A stretch of DNA of 64,000 nt from the NCBI GenBank assembly GCA_963845755.1, contig CAWJTV010000015.1:1-64000 (forward strand), written 5' to 3'. The translations under genes were made by a program, and so were the position numbers. Source of the DNA: an uncultured Planctomycetota bacterium (lineage in GTDB: Bacteria > Planctomycetota > Planctomycetia > Isosphaerales > Isosphaeraceae). The notes below the pieces were generated by a model that worked only from the letters and a program-made list of their open reading frames with translations, was not told where the DNA came from and did no database searches. Positions 33,638 to 45,265 of the stretch are shown piece by piece. The stretch's first letter is position 1. The number at the start of each line of letters is the position of its first letter.

Positions 33638-33776
33638 TAGGACCACGCAATCGGGAAAGTGGGGATCGGCGGCCGGAGCCGCCTCCTCCCAGAAAACCGG
33701 CGGGTCCATGTCCTTGTAGGAGCCGGCTCCGTCCGGCGACATTCGGCTTCGCTTTCCCCAGAGCGTGGACCGATTT
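33638..33776. repeat. 139-bp palindromic REP-doublet/MITE-like element, copy 2
   Basis: About 93% identical to 6304-6442, same orientation. Confidence 0.85.
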
Positions 33777-34189
33777 CTTCATGTACTCCAGCCGGTCCGA
33801 CACCCGACGGCAGAAGTCGAGCTGGCCGAGAAAGAAACCGAGCAGATCCAGAACGTCTTTCGGGATCGGGACCGCACGCACCTCGGCGTCCGCCTGGTCG
33901 AGCTCCTCCGGACCGAAGACCAGGTCGCCGGGCACGAACTCTTCCGCCGACCGGGCCGAGGCAATCCGTTCCGCGAGCACTGTCAGATTCGCCCCGCAAC
34001 CATCGAGGGAGCGCCAGCCTCCAACTCCGCGAATGGGGAGAGGAGCGCATGGGAGCAGATCCACTCGTAGGCCCTGCGAAACTTCCCGGGCAATCCTTCG
34101 CGCGTAGCCGGTCTGAACTGGAGGCTTCCGTCATCCGAGAGTGTCGCCCGACCGTCGAGCCAGGAACTGACGAGTTGTTCGGCATCCAT
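33777..34189 (-). pseudogene. Remnant of an uncharacterised gene (possibly MoxR-like AAA ATPase), internally deleted and 3' truncated
   Basis: MDAEQLVSSWLDGRATL...AYEWICSHALLSP joined out of frame to VLAERIAS...VRAVPIP.DVLDLLGFFLGQLDFCRR; ends at the repeat. Family assignment is from recollection only. Confidence 0.5.
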
Positions 34190-34344
34190 CGGCTTCGCCC
34201 CGCCGGCACGGCTTCAGACCGACGATCGCTGGGGACGGGTTTCGAAAAGCACCGGTTATCCCACGGACACCGATTCTATTCGATGGGTTCGCATTTTGTC
34301 TGCCCGACGGACAGTCTTCCGGTCGCTTCCGTCCGCCGGCGCGC

Positions 34345-35322
34345 TCATCGCGGGGGGCTCGAGCCGTTTCCCGCTTCGAGCCAGAGGCGAACCAGATGGC
34401 GGCGACGCTCGGGTTCGGGGTGGTCTTCGAACGCCGTCCGGTTGTGGAGGATCCAGCGGTTATTGATGAAGTACACCTGGCCGGGTTCGAGGGAGAATTC
34501 CGCGCGCAACGCGGGCCGGTTCAACACCTCGTCAAGCCGGTCGAGCGCCTCGGTCTGGGCTGGGGTCAGGGGTTGGCCGGCCTTCCCGTGCCCGGCCTCG
34601 ATCCAGTAGCGGAGATAGCGGAAGAGCGGCTCGGGCCCCTCGCGTTCGATCACCGGCCGGAGGACAGTGGGCGTCTCCCCCTCCCGGACACCCCCCCGAC
34701 GGTCCACGTGGAAAGGCCGGCCGAGTGTCTCGAGCGCATCGGGATGTTCGTGGCGGAGCCGCTCGACGACGGCCAGGCCGTTCACGAGCTGGCTCACACC
34801 CCCAGCTCGCGCTGTCTTCAGGCAAAGCAGGCCGACATAATCGACGACGGTCTCACCGAAAGAGTTGTCGGTGTGGAAGCTGCTCTCGTAATTAGTGACG
34901 GAGAAGCGGGCTCCCTTCGCGACTTCCTGGCCGCTGTCCCGGACGTCGTACAGGAGTGTCCCCTGCACGTTCTGGACAACAGGCTCGCCGAGCAGTTGAC
35001 CGATCATCCAGTAGAGAGCGATCGCCTCCCGCTCGGAGATCCGCTCCACCGGCAGCCGGTCGAGGACGACGAAGCCGTGCCCCCGTTCCAGGTCGTGCTT
35101 CGCGGACGTCAGGTAGCCACGCAGGGCCGTTCTGTCTTGCTCCGTGAGACGCATGCCAGGAATCGGTCCTTCGCCCCAGGCTCGCTCCTCAACCAAGGAT
35201 CGCAGGTGGGCCATCAAGGCGTCTGGCAAGAGACAACTCCAACCGGCTGTGTCCCCTACAGTCGCGGCAGTCCACGATTTCGGGCCAACGGCGGGCTCGT
35301 TCGAATCGGTTTCGCTGGGCAT
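34345..35322 (-). CDS. TauD/TfdA-family Fe(II)/2-oxoglutarate dioxygenase
   Basis: FHTDNS (HxD), LLCL..A..GG.S, NNRWILHNR, RRHLVRLW. Confidence 0.88.
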   Translation of the reverse strand: MPSETDSNEPAVGPKSWTAATVGDTAGWSCLLPDALMAHLRSLVEERAWGEGPIPGMRLTEQDRTALRGYLTSAKHDLERGHGFVVLDRLPVERISEREAIALYWMIGQLLGEPVVQNVQGTLLYDVRDSGQEVAKGARFSVTNYESSFHTDNSFGETVVDYVGLLCLKTARAGGVSQLVNGLAVVERLRHEHPDALETLGRPFHVDRRGGVREGETPTVLRPVIEREGPEPLFRYLRYWIEAGHGKAGQPLTPAQTEALDRLDEVLNRPALRAEFSLEPGQVYFINNRWILHNRTAFEDHPEPERRRHLVRLWLEAGNGSSPPR

Positions 35323-35339
35323 GAAAGATTCCCAGTCTC

Positions 35340-38036
35340 TCAAGGGGTGATGAGGTAGTAGATCGAGCTCGGGAACCAGGCGGATCTCTCTTGCCGTCCC
35401 GGTTGACTTGCCCGGCTCGCCGTTGAAGTCGAGCGCGGTCACCTTGAGGTGGGAGGCGTCGGCTCGCTTGAGCTTCACCACACCGTCGATCTCCTTCACG
35501 AGCCAGGGGTCGTGGCCGGTGCTCGCGATCTTCTTCTCGCCGCCCGGCGCCGGCTCGGTGCGGAAGTCGGTGGGCTTTTCCTCGGACATGACTTGCAGGA
35601 GGATGCGCCGTGAGGTCGCCAGGGGCAGGCCGTCGAGGCTGACCGCGACGATGTGGCCGAGTTCCATCTTCGACGCGATGCTGAGGTCCTTCAACTCGGC
35701 CGCGCCCGCCTCGCGGAGGGCGCCGCTGATCCCCTGCGCCGCGGGCGCGTCGATGGTGAGGACACCCTTGCCGTAGTCAAGCCGGAGCTGGCCCGTGGTG
35801 CTGCTGACCACCTGGCGCCGGCGGTCGATGAAAGGCTTGAGGTCCTTCAGCCGCGATGAGCCGCCTCGTTCGGTGAACCGGACGTTGGTCCGCCCGGCGA
35901 AATGGACGAGGGGGTCGATCACGTTGCCCGGCTTGAGGGTCGTCCCTTTCGGAACGTCCTTGAGCCGAAGCTCGTCGAGCGCCGCGTCCTGGGGCAGGGG
36001 GGTACCCTTGAGGTCGAGGAGGTCGCCGACCTTCAGGTCCAGGTCGACCAGCAGGTCACCGGTCGCGACGAGACCCTTGCGGTAGATCAGGGCGGCGGCT
36101 GGGAACTGGCCCATCATCGCGGGCGACATCAGCGTCCAGGGCTGCATGAAGAAGCCCGGCTTGACCGACCAGGCCGCCGTGTCGAGCGCGAAATGGACGA
36201 TGGCGTCGCTGTCCTGCAAGGCGCCGTAGGCCGCGTAGAACAGCGGGGCCTCCGATCGGTAGCGGTTCGGTCGGTTCCAGGTCGTCTCCGAGATCATCGA
36301 GGGCTTGCCGTCGTAGCTGGGATCCATCGCCGGGTGGACGAAGACCTTGGGCTTGCCGGGCTCCTCGGGGTCGAAGCGCAGCGCGCTGCGATCGGCGTAG
36401 GTGTGCCCGTCGCGGACCGACCACTCCGACGCCTCGCCCCGGCTGCGGCAGCCGAAGTAGCCATGCCGGTCGATGAAGTCGGTGACGGTGTAGCTGTACT
36501 TCTCGAGCGGGCCGAACACCTCCGGGCTGGCGGTGATCCAGTTCGACGCGGTGATCACACCCCGGAAACCCAGCCCGCGCAGGAACTCGTACATCTCGCG
36601 ATAGAACCCGCGCTGGCTTTCGACGAGGAACCGGACCGTATCCTTGTCGCGGCCGGTCTTCTCGTTGAACATGTTCCAGAGGGGCCGGAACCCCACGCGA
36701 ACCTCGGCCGGGCGATCGCGGCCGATCTTCTGGCCGCCCCAGGATCGCAGTGCCCGGTCGATCGAGCCATACTTTTGCTTCAACCAGGCGCCGAACTGGG
36801 TCTCGATGAGCCGCAACTCGGGGTCAGGGATCGCGTCGGAGTTGAACGTCCAGAAGAGATACGAGTCCTCGTTGAGGATCTCAAGGCCCGCCACGGCCGG
36901 GTCGTCGATTAACCGCGGCGGGTCGAGGGGTTGGGCGTCAGGAGCAGGGCCTTCCACCAGTCCTGGTAGTGCCGCTGGAATTCCTTGTTGAAGAAGAGCG
37001 CCGCGAACGCCACTTTCTGGCCGTCATAGCCCTTCAGCCAGGTCGTATCGGGCTTCGGCCTCAGCCAGAGCGGGAAGAAAATCGAGAAGTGGCTGTAGAT
37101 CCCCTCAGCCTTCATTGCCTCGACAGCGTCGAAGGCGTGTCGCACCGCAGCCATGTCAACGTCGCCCTTCTCATCGAAGTAACTGTGGTGGACGCGGACG
37201 AGGTTCACGCCGTGTTTGGCGAGCATCCGCGCCTCCGTTCGGAGCTCAGCCAGTGCCTTGCTCGACGGCCCGTTCACCGCCCAGAACCGGACCGGCTCGC
37301 CCGACCGAGAGTGCACGAACTGCGATCCCCTGACTCGAATGAAGCCGCCATCGCCGGCCGCCTTCTCGTTCAGCGATCGCAGGTTGATGCCGCTAGACGG
37401 GGAGAAACGGTCGGGCTTTGGGTCGAAAGCGAACCAGCCCTTGTCTGCCGCGGCCGCGCGGCGGGAGAACTCGGCGAGCTGGTCGGGCTTCACGGCGCCC
37501 CGCGGTGTAAACGGCTCGTTGGCGAAGACGAAACAGTCGATGTAGCCGTGATTATGATTAGGGCTGTCCATCCGGAACCGGATCGTATTGGTTCCCTTCT
37601 TCAACGAGACCTGACCGGCCCGCGCCCAGGCGAGGAAGCGCAAGTCGGGCTTCTCGTCGGCGGCGATGTTGGTCGAATCGAGCCCCCGATCGACGTCGAT
37701 CGCCGTCCAGGAGCCGTCGTTGAGCCGGTACGAGAGCCTTGCCTGTACGGGGTTGGCCCGCACCCAGAACTCGTAATCGCCGGCCGAGGGAGCGGTGAAC
37801 TGATACACGGCCTCGCCAGGCTGTTCGTGGAAGTTGCTGATCAGATCGCCGCCGGAGAGCTGGTCGCGCTTGACCAGGTCATACCAGTACGGGTGCCGGT
37901 GCATCGTAGACGAGGCCGGCTTTTCGCCCTCGACCCAGATCCACGCCGACCGCGCGGGCGGGGTCGGGACGATCACGGCCAGGACGAGGAACGCGCACCG
38001 TACCGGCCATCGGATGGAAACGGCCCTTGATTTCAT
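35340..38036 (-). CDS. Secreted glycoside hydrolase-like protein with N-terminal CBM-like domain (frameshifts ~36915 and ~35372)
   Basis: WVEGE CBM-like start, VRFWAVN, GVNLVRVH, EILNEDS (acid/base-like), DRHGY, PSMISE (nucleophile-like): clan GH-A pattern. Confidence 0.72.
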
Positions 38037-38203
38037 CTTCGACCTCGTTGCAACCGGGTTTTCGTGTGAGTCCCCTCATGGAGCCGATCGATCATCGGTT
38101 CAAGATAAAGAGTAAATGCTGCCCTTGCCTAAATAATAAATCAATTATATAAATACTCAAATATATTACTTTATAAAATTTCTTAAGATCCCCTCACGCC
38201 TTC

Positions 38204-40105
38204 TCAGCCGGGCGGAACGAACTGGGACAGAAGCAGGGTGTAGACAGCCTGGTAGTAGATGGCGGGTTCGGTAATCTCCCACGAAGCCTCGTTCGCACCG
38301 CGCTGGGCGTTCCAGGCTGCGTTCCAATCGCGGTAGGCTTTCATGGGCGGCTCGCCATGGGGGGGGCGAATCCACTCGACGCTGAAGAACTTGTTCGGGC
38401 CACCCGCCAGGTAACCCGGCGCGGGCCCGTAGCGGCTGCCCTGACCGTCGTAGAGCGGCGAGCCGTCGTGGAACCAGAGATGGTAGATCTCGGTGACGCA
38501 CCGATCACCGCCCGCGTGGGCCATGTTGGTCAGGTAGCAGAACGCGAGCGGGTTGCGGCCGTGAATGAAGTGCAGGTAACCGGCCATGATCTCGCGGTAG
38601 GCCGGATGCTGTTCGGGGTTCAATCCCAGGGCCATGGCCATCAGGAGGATGCGGCCCCAGCGGCCCTTAACCTGGTTGCTGCCCCAGCAATAGTGGTCCG
38701 CGTAATGAAAGGCGAGGTAGGGATCATCCGGCCCGCCCGTCGCCCCGCGGATCGCCTCCGCCATGTGTGCCAGCGCGTTACGGAACCGCCTGGTCACGGC
38801 CGGCGTCGCACCCGGGGTCGTGGAGTAAACGAATAGGGCCTGCGTCAAGGCGACGTGGTTGAGCGGGTCAACCTGCTGACCGTCTCGGAACGGATGCAGA
38901 CCATTCTCCGCCGTCGCCGCGACGTTGGGTGCCCAGCGGTTGAACATACGCCTTGAAGGCCGGATCGCCCACGGTCTTGAAGAGTTGGGCCGCGGCGTTT
39001 ACTCGAGACCGGCGGTCGGCATTGATGTTGCTGCCCGCCGGGGTCGCCGCCAGGGTCTTGTCGCCATCCGAGCCGTCGGCCGGATCCATCTGGGGGTGGG
39101 CCTCGAGGTAGGCCCAGGCCCGCGCGCGGCGCCGCGAAGGCGGTCCGAATAGCCGGGGAACGTGCGATCGTAGCGAACGTAAACTCGCGTGGCCTGGGCG
39201 AAGCTGGCGGCGGCCGTCGCGGTCGCCCATGTGGTCTTGGCGGAGTAGAACCGAGGTTGCCTGTCGGTGTTGGGCGGATCCGGGCCGTTATCGAAACTAC
39301 GCCCAGCGACTCGATTGAAGACCCCACCATCGGTATCCTGCATTTTCAATAGCCAATCGAGCTCCCACTTCACCTCGTCGAGCAGGTCGGGGACGCCGTT
39401 GCCACTCTCCGGAATAGTCGTGTCGTCAGGGAAGATTCGTGGATGAAGCTCATAGGCCCACAGGAGATCGAAAAGCGTGGTTTCCAGGTAGGGCACGTAC
39501 TTGTTGGGGTCTCCCGCGTCGAACCAGCCGCCGAGCAGGTCGCGTGGGCGACCTAGCGACTCGCCTCCCTGCGTGTACCGCGCCGCGCGGTCTTGTTCCG
39601 GCCCGAGTTGACCGCCGCGGTGATGCCAGTTTCCACCGTACTGGGCCAGGATCGGCGTCCCGCTACGTTGGTAATAGAAGGTCCGCACGGAATCCCTCAG
39701 GACCAGCCGGTAGACGTCGTCGGCAATCCGGAACGGGAACGAGCGGACTCGATTGGCGGGATCATAGAGGTAGTAACTGCCGGAGGCGCGGACGTCGCTG
39801 AAGTCCGCGTACCAGACCCGATCTCCGCACAGTTCGCTGACCTTGCCCCCGTTCCATGGCTTTAGATTTCCGCGATGAGCCACCGTGCCATCGGCCTGTC
39901 GTCGCACCTCGTATGTAGGACCGGGACGGTAGCGCGCACCCGCGTTCTGCCCCCGGACCGCCTCGGCGAAAATCGCCGTTTTCCCGGCCCGAGGCAGCCA
40001 CCCGAACTGGTCGATCGTGATCTGGGGCGTGACCACTGCGTCATCAGCCTGGGCCATCTTGGTGAAAAGGAATGCCGGGAGACTCACCATCAGCCAGAAC
40101 GCCAT
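38204..40105 (-). CDS. Glycoside hydrolase family 9 with N-terminal Ig-like domain (frameshifts ~39130 and ~38950)
   Basis: IDQFGW, FYYQRSG, GGWFDAGD, DEVKWELDWLLKMQ, WGSN, GRNP, PGYLAGGPN, EPAIYYQA. Confidence 0.9.
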
Positions 40106-40259
40106 CAGTGCGCCACGGCGCGACCTACAACGAACTGGCCGTCCTTTCGTCGTCAACACCGGTCCCTCCTTCTCGACACTAAACCCGGCGGCCAACCCTC
40201 GAGGCGCCGCCAGGGCCGTCTACCGCACAAGACCGCCAGGTCATCGTAACATCCAGAGA

Positions 40260-41310
40260 GCCAGAGGACGTCTACCTGGCCACCGCCTGCCGACCAACTG
40301 GAGGTTGTGGCCGGCCCCGGGGGACTGGTCGTGGGAGTCGGCGGCCTGATCCAGCCGCGGGCCTTGGGCGTCGGTTACGACATCATCGGCAAGTTGCTCC
40401 AGGGCGATTACGTCCCGACGGCACCCGTTGGACTGATCGTCGTCAAGGCGGTGATCTGGTCGATGGCGCTGGGCTCGGGCACCTCGGGAGGGGTCCTGGC
40501 ACCGCTGCTGATCATGGGATGTGCTCTGGGTGCGATGATCTCCCGGTTCCTGCCCGGCGGTGATGCAGCTTTGTGGCCCCCTTGTCTGCATGTCCGCGGC
40601 GCTGGGCGGCACGATGCGATCTCCGCTGACCGGTGCCATCTTCGCCCTCGAGCTGACAAATGAGGTCCGGATCCTGCCCGCGCTGTTGATCGCCTCGGTG
40701 ATGGCCTATGGCCTGACTGTGTTATTGATGAAGCGCTCGATCCTCACCGAGAAGCTCGCCCGCCGGGGCTACCACATCCAGCGCGAGTACAGCGTCGATC
40801 CGCTCGATCGCATCAGGGTCCTCGAGGTGATGACGACGAACGTCGTGACAATCCCGGCCTCGCTGCCGGTACGTGACCTCATCCGCGACTATTTCCTCGG
40901 CCCGAGCTCGCGCAAACATTCCTGCTACCCAGTCCTCGGACGAGAAGGCCAGTTCCTGGGGATGATCACCGAGTCCAATCTGCTGGATCACTGGCTGGTC
41001 GTCGGCGTCGGAGGGAACAACGGCTCCGACCGGCTCGGCGCCAGTCCCATCATTGCTTACGATTTGATGAATCCCTCGCCGATGGTCGCCTAGCCCGACG
41101 ACTCCTGCCGCGAGATGGCGGAGCGGCTTGCCGTGTTGAACAGAACGAAGCCTTGTGGTCGTCTCTCCAGAGGATCCGATACGATTCCTGGGGATTCTAG
41201 GTGTTGCCGATTTGCTCAAGGCGCGGCAGTGGGCGCGCGAGGAGGAGGGAAAACGCGAGCGGTTCTTCGGCCTGCGCGGAGTCGCCGGCGGGGCAGAGAC
41301 ATCGTCGTAG
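40260..41310 (+). pseudogene. ClC chloride channel-CBS gene remnant (5' half missing, frameshifts and stop)
   Basis: LGVGY, GSGTSGGVLAP, MRSPLTGAIFALELT, SILTEKLARRG, CBS domains. Confidence 0.82.
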
Positions 41311-41641
41311 AACGCCATTCCTCGTCGATCGCGACCACGTGACGACGAGCGTTCGACCATGGGATCGAAGCGGTCCATTTAACCGCGCATGTCAGTACGA
41401 TCGCCCTGATCGACTAGGTCGTCGAGGTTCATCGGGTCCCACACTCGCTTGTCGCAACTCTGGGGCCCGGTCTCCTGGCCGTTATGTCCGAGCTCCTTGG
41501 TCTGTGTCAACCCGGTATGACCAGAAAGACGGCCAATCTGCCGAGGAGGCCTTGTCGAATGCCAACGGCGTTCTCAACGGCCGCCGATCCGGTATGATAA
41601 CCCGCATCAATCGACAACACCGGCCTCGAGGAGGGCAAGCG

Positions 41642-42582
41642 ATGTGCGGTCCGCCGTTCGATCATGGTGAAGAGGACGTCTCCCCCGAGCGGCCTGGAGC
41701 TGGGTCGAATCCCTCGCGACGAACCTTCCTGGAGCGATCGGCCGCCACGGCGATCGTCCTGAGTACCGGCTCCGGTCCGCGCCGGCCGGAAGGGGAACCG
41801 ATCCCCCGCGCCCGGTGAAAGTCATCGACTGCCACGCTCATCTCCAGCACCATAGCCGCTCGACCTGGGAGACGGATGATCGGAAACTGATCGAGGCGGC
41901 CGACCGTCTGGGGATCGATCAGCTCTGTTGTTCCTGCCTCACACCCCGGCGCCCGGCGACGGCCGAGCAGTTCCGCGAGTGCAACCGCTGGGTCCTCGAG
42001 GCCACGAGGCGCTTTCCTGGCCGGGTCCTCGGCTATTGTTACGTGAACCCCGGCTATACGCGGGAGGCGCTCGAGGAGATCCGCCGTTGCGTCCGCGATC
42101 GTGGGTTCATCGGAATCAAGCTTTATAACGAATATCGATGCACCGAGCCGGTGGTTTACCCGATCGTCGAACTGGCGATCGAACTGGGCGTGCCGATCCT
42201 GCACCACGCCGGGCATCTTCATTACGTGCTCCCCGACCAGCCCCGGATCTCCGACGGTGGCCGGCTCGCCGAGCTGGCCGGTCGCTTCCCCGAGGCCAAA
42301 CTCATCTGCGCCCACATCTGCGGCGGTGGGGATTGGGAGTGGACGATCAAGGCCCTCCGGAACGCGCCAAGCGTCTACCTCGACACCAGCGGCAGCGTTC
42401 CGGATGACGGGGTCGTGGAGCTGGCGGCTCGGACACTCGGCGTCGACCGGCTCCTCTTCGGCTGCGACATGTCCATGACCGCCGGACTGGGCCGGATCCG
42501 AGCTGCCCAGTTGGGCGAGGCCGAGAAGCAGAAGATCCTGGGCGGCACGATGGCCGCGATTCTGAAAGGACGGAAGGCATGA
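41642..42582 (+). CDS. Amidohydrolase_2 family protein; probable Tat signal separated by a frameshift (core 41815-42582)
   Basis: SRRTFL upstream; IDCHAH, GIKL, ILHH, AHICGG, YLDTSGS, LFGCD. Confidence 0.85.
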
Positions 42583-43355
42583 TCATCGACGTAAACGCCT
42601 ACCTGGGGCATTTCGCCTTCCGCCGACTGCGGCATCGGACCGCTACGGAACTCCTGGGCCTGATGGACTCGAAGAAGATCGACAAGGCGGTCGTCTCCAG
42701 CGCCAGTGCCATCACGTATCGCAACCCACAGGCGGGGAATGAAGACCTGGCCGCAGAAGTCGGGCGTCACCGCGATCGGCTCATCCCCTACGCGGTGATC
42801 AATCCGTTCTATGCCGGCTGGCGCGACGACCTGAAAATCTGCCGCGACGACTTCGGCATGAGTGGGATTCGTCTCTACCCCAAGTGGCACAATTACGGCC
42901 TTGCCGATCCACATTGCCAGGATTTGATCCATGCGGCAACAGAGCGTCAAATGATCGTCTCGATTCCGATGCGCGTGGAGGACGTACGGCAGCGGAGCTG
43001 GCTGGTGGACGTGCCCGAGGTCCCCCTGACCGAGATCGTTTCCCTCATCCAGTCCTTCCCCAACTCGCGATTCGTACTGCTCAACGGCGAACGGTATGTG
43101 AGCTCGCCACTGGGGCGCAAGGGGAGCGGCCTGCCGGCGAATTACCTCATCGAGTTGTCCCGCATGGACTCGATGCTGGCCGACGAGATCGGCCAGCTCG
43201 TGGCCAACCTGGGGGCCGAGCGAGTGGTCTTCGGCACGGGAATGCCATTCCACTATCCCGATCCGGCCCTGCTCAAACTTGAAGTGCTGGATGCGAGCCC
43301 GGCGGACAAGGCATTGATTTCGTGGCAGAACGTGGCGCGGTGGTTGCCATCATGA
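42579..43355 (+). CDS. Amidohydrolase_2-like protein lacking canonical His ligands
   Basis: IDVNAYLG, GIRLYP, FGTGMPF; start overlaps the upstream stop. Confidence 0.8.
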   Translation: MIIDVNAYLGHFAFRRLRHRTATELLGLMDSKKIDKAVVSSASAITYRNPQAGNEDLAAEVGRHRDRLIPYAVINPFYAGWRDDLKICRDDFGMSGIRLYPKWHNYGLADPHCQDLIHAATERQMIVSIPMRVEDVRQRSWLVDVPEVPLTEIVSLIQSFPNSRFVLLNGERYVSSPLGRKGSGLPANYLIELSRMDSMLADEIGQLVANLGAERVVFGTGMPFHYPDPALLKLEVLDASPADKALISWQNVARWLPS

Positions 43356-43971
43356 GTCGGAGCGCGACGGCAGTCGTCCGACCTGGCGATCGACATGGAG
43401 GCTGGTCACGATCATGCGAGATTGGTCACGGTGGACGGCGCCCGCACTGGTCACCCGCGATGATCCTGGAATCAGCTTCGCGGACGGGTTGATCACGCTC
43501 CGGCTCTTCCCGAACTGGGGCTTCCGGGTTCCATGCCGATTCCAGGTGGATGTCCCCAAGATCAGGAGAGGTGATGGTAATTGACGGCACATCACGTTTT
43601 TCGGATCGTAGAGTCTTCCTTGAATGCTACTTTCATCACCGACAATTAGAGCACGATGTTCGACCGTCTTCGTCGACCCTCATCTGTCCATCTCCAATCC
43701 GCTGACGTTGCGCTCGCGTGTTCAAAAACGGATGGGTCAACCGCATACTTCTCGATTCTGGTTCAGGCCACAAAAAAATGTACCGAACGAGCATCACAGT
43801 CTTGTATTAGAGGCTTTTCGGCGACGGAGCAACGAAGTGTTCGTGTGAAAATGTTGCGAATAAGCAACACAACCTTGTTTGTGCGCTCGACTCGATTTAT
43901 AACGTCGGTCAGCGAAATCGTCCTGGGCAAGATTGCATCCTCGCTCCATCTCGGGGAAGAGGGGTATCTCG

Positions 43972-44949
43972 ATGCGCGCCTCAAGAGGCGTCTCCCGTTT
44001 CGTGTGGCTCGCCGTCGTCATCTTCCTCGCCGGGATCATCGGGTCGCCGAGGTCCGCCCGAGCCGGCAGGCTGGGTCTCCTCGTTCCGTCGTATTTCTAC
44101 CCCGGAACCGGCGGTCCCGGCCGCGTCGGCGACGGCTGGGCCGCGATGACGGCCGCGGCCAGCCAGGTCCCCGTCACCGCCATCCTGAATCCGAACAGCG
44201 GACCATTACCCGGGCCGCCCGATCCGAACTATGTCGGCGCCATGACCAACCTGGAAAATGCGGGCGGCCACGTCGTTGCTTACGTCTACACGGATAACGG
44301 GAATGAGAATGGAACTGCGCCCCTCGCCACTGTGGAGGGCCAGATCGCCACTTATATCAGTCAATATGGAAAGCTGATCAATGGTTTCTTCCTCGATGGG
44401 ATGTTTATCACCCCGAGTACCCTGTCGTATTATCAAAGTCTTACTAGTTATATCAAAGGTCTTGGCGCTTCCTACACGATCATCGGGAATCCTGGTCAGC
44501 CGTTCCTGAACGGCGTCGCGCCCCAGGACTACTTGTTGACCGCCAACGTCTTCAACATCTTCGAGGGGCCGAACACGGCCCCCAGCCCCGGCGCCCCGGG
44601 ATTCAACGATTATCCCTACGGCGTGACCTGGTTTCAGGGTTACCCGAGCAATCGGTTCTCGAACGTGATCCTTGATGTCCCAGATTCGGCGACCATGCTC
44701 GCCGACCTGGGCAAGGCGGTTCGATTGAACGCCGGCTATGTTTATATCACCGACCAGTCCGGAGCCAACCCCTACAGCCAGTTGCCGTCTTACTGGGACG
44801 AGGAGGTTTCCGCTATCGCATCGGTGCCGGAACCTCGAGCCTTGACGAATTTTGCGTCGGCCGCTGTGTGCGGGTCCCTCGTCATGACCCTTCGGTGGTG
44901 CCGCCGCCGGCGCCGGGCACAACCCTGTGACGAAGCCTCGGTGGTGTGA
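43972..44949 (+). CDS. Spherulin-4 (GH135-like) protein with PEP-CTERM-like tail
   Basis: LLVPSYFYP, ILNPNSGP, GFFLD, IGNPG, FEG, YVYITD..NPY..LPSYW; VPEP + TM + basic tail. Confidence 0.85.
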   Translation: MRASRGVSRFVWLAVVIFLAGIIGSPRSARAGRLGLLVPSYFYPGTGGPGRVGDGWAAMTAAASQVPVTAILNPNSGPLPGPPDPNYVGAMTNLENAGGHVVAYVYTDNGNENGTAPLATVEGQIATYISQYGKLINGFFLDGMFITPSTLSYYQSLTSYIKGLGASYTIIGNPGQPFLNGVAPQDYLLTANVFNIFEGPNTAPSPGAPGFNDYPYGVTWFQGYPSNRFSNVILDVPDSATMLADLGKAVRLNAGYVYITDQSGANPYSQLPSYWDEEVSAIASVPEPRALTNFASAAVCGSLVMTLRWCRRRRRAQPCDEASVV

Positions 44950-45265
44950 GTCTGGCGCGGTGAAGAGTCGGACCTGACACAGTGGAATCACGCCTTTTGC
45001 ATCCTCGCAAACGGGAACACGGGTAGAGATGGTAGCGGTGGAGTTTTCGTCCAAGCCCCGCCCGATCCGAATCGATGAGATCACATCGAGTAATCGCCAT
45101 TCATTCGTCTGACGATACGGCGTGACCGAGGTGACCAGGCCGGTGCGCGGAAAACTCGTGTGTCGCTGGGATGCGATCAGGAGGATCGGCGCGAAAGGAA
45201 TCTTGACGGTTTGCCCGACAAGATTGATGGGAAGAGAAAGCAAATCCGATCAAAGCCGGCACTGG

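Noticed and set aside
34345..36957. Apparent 870-aa hydrolase-TauD fusion ORF
   Set aside because: A one-base shift near 35372 gives a natural end (SSIYYLITP*, stop at 35342-35340), and the oxygenase has its own ATG at 35322; most likely an indel artefact.
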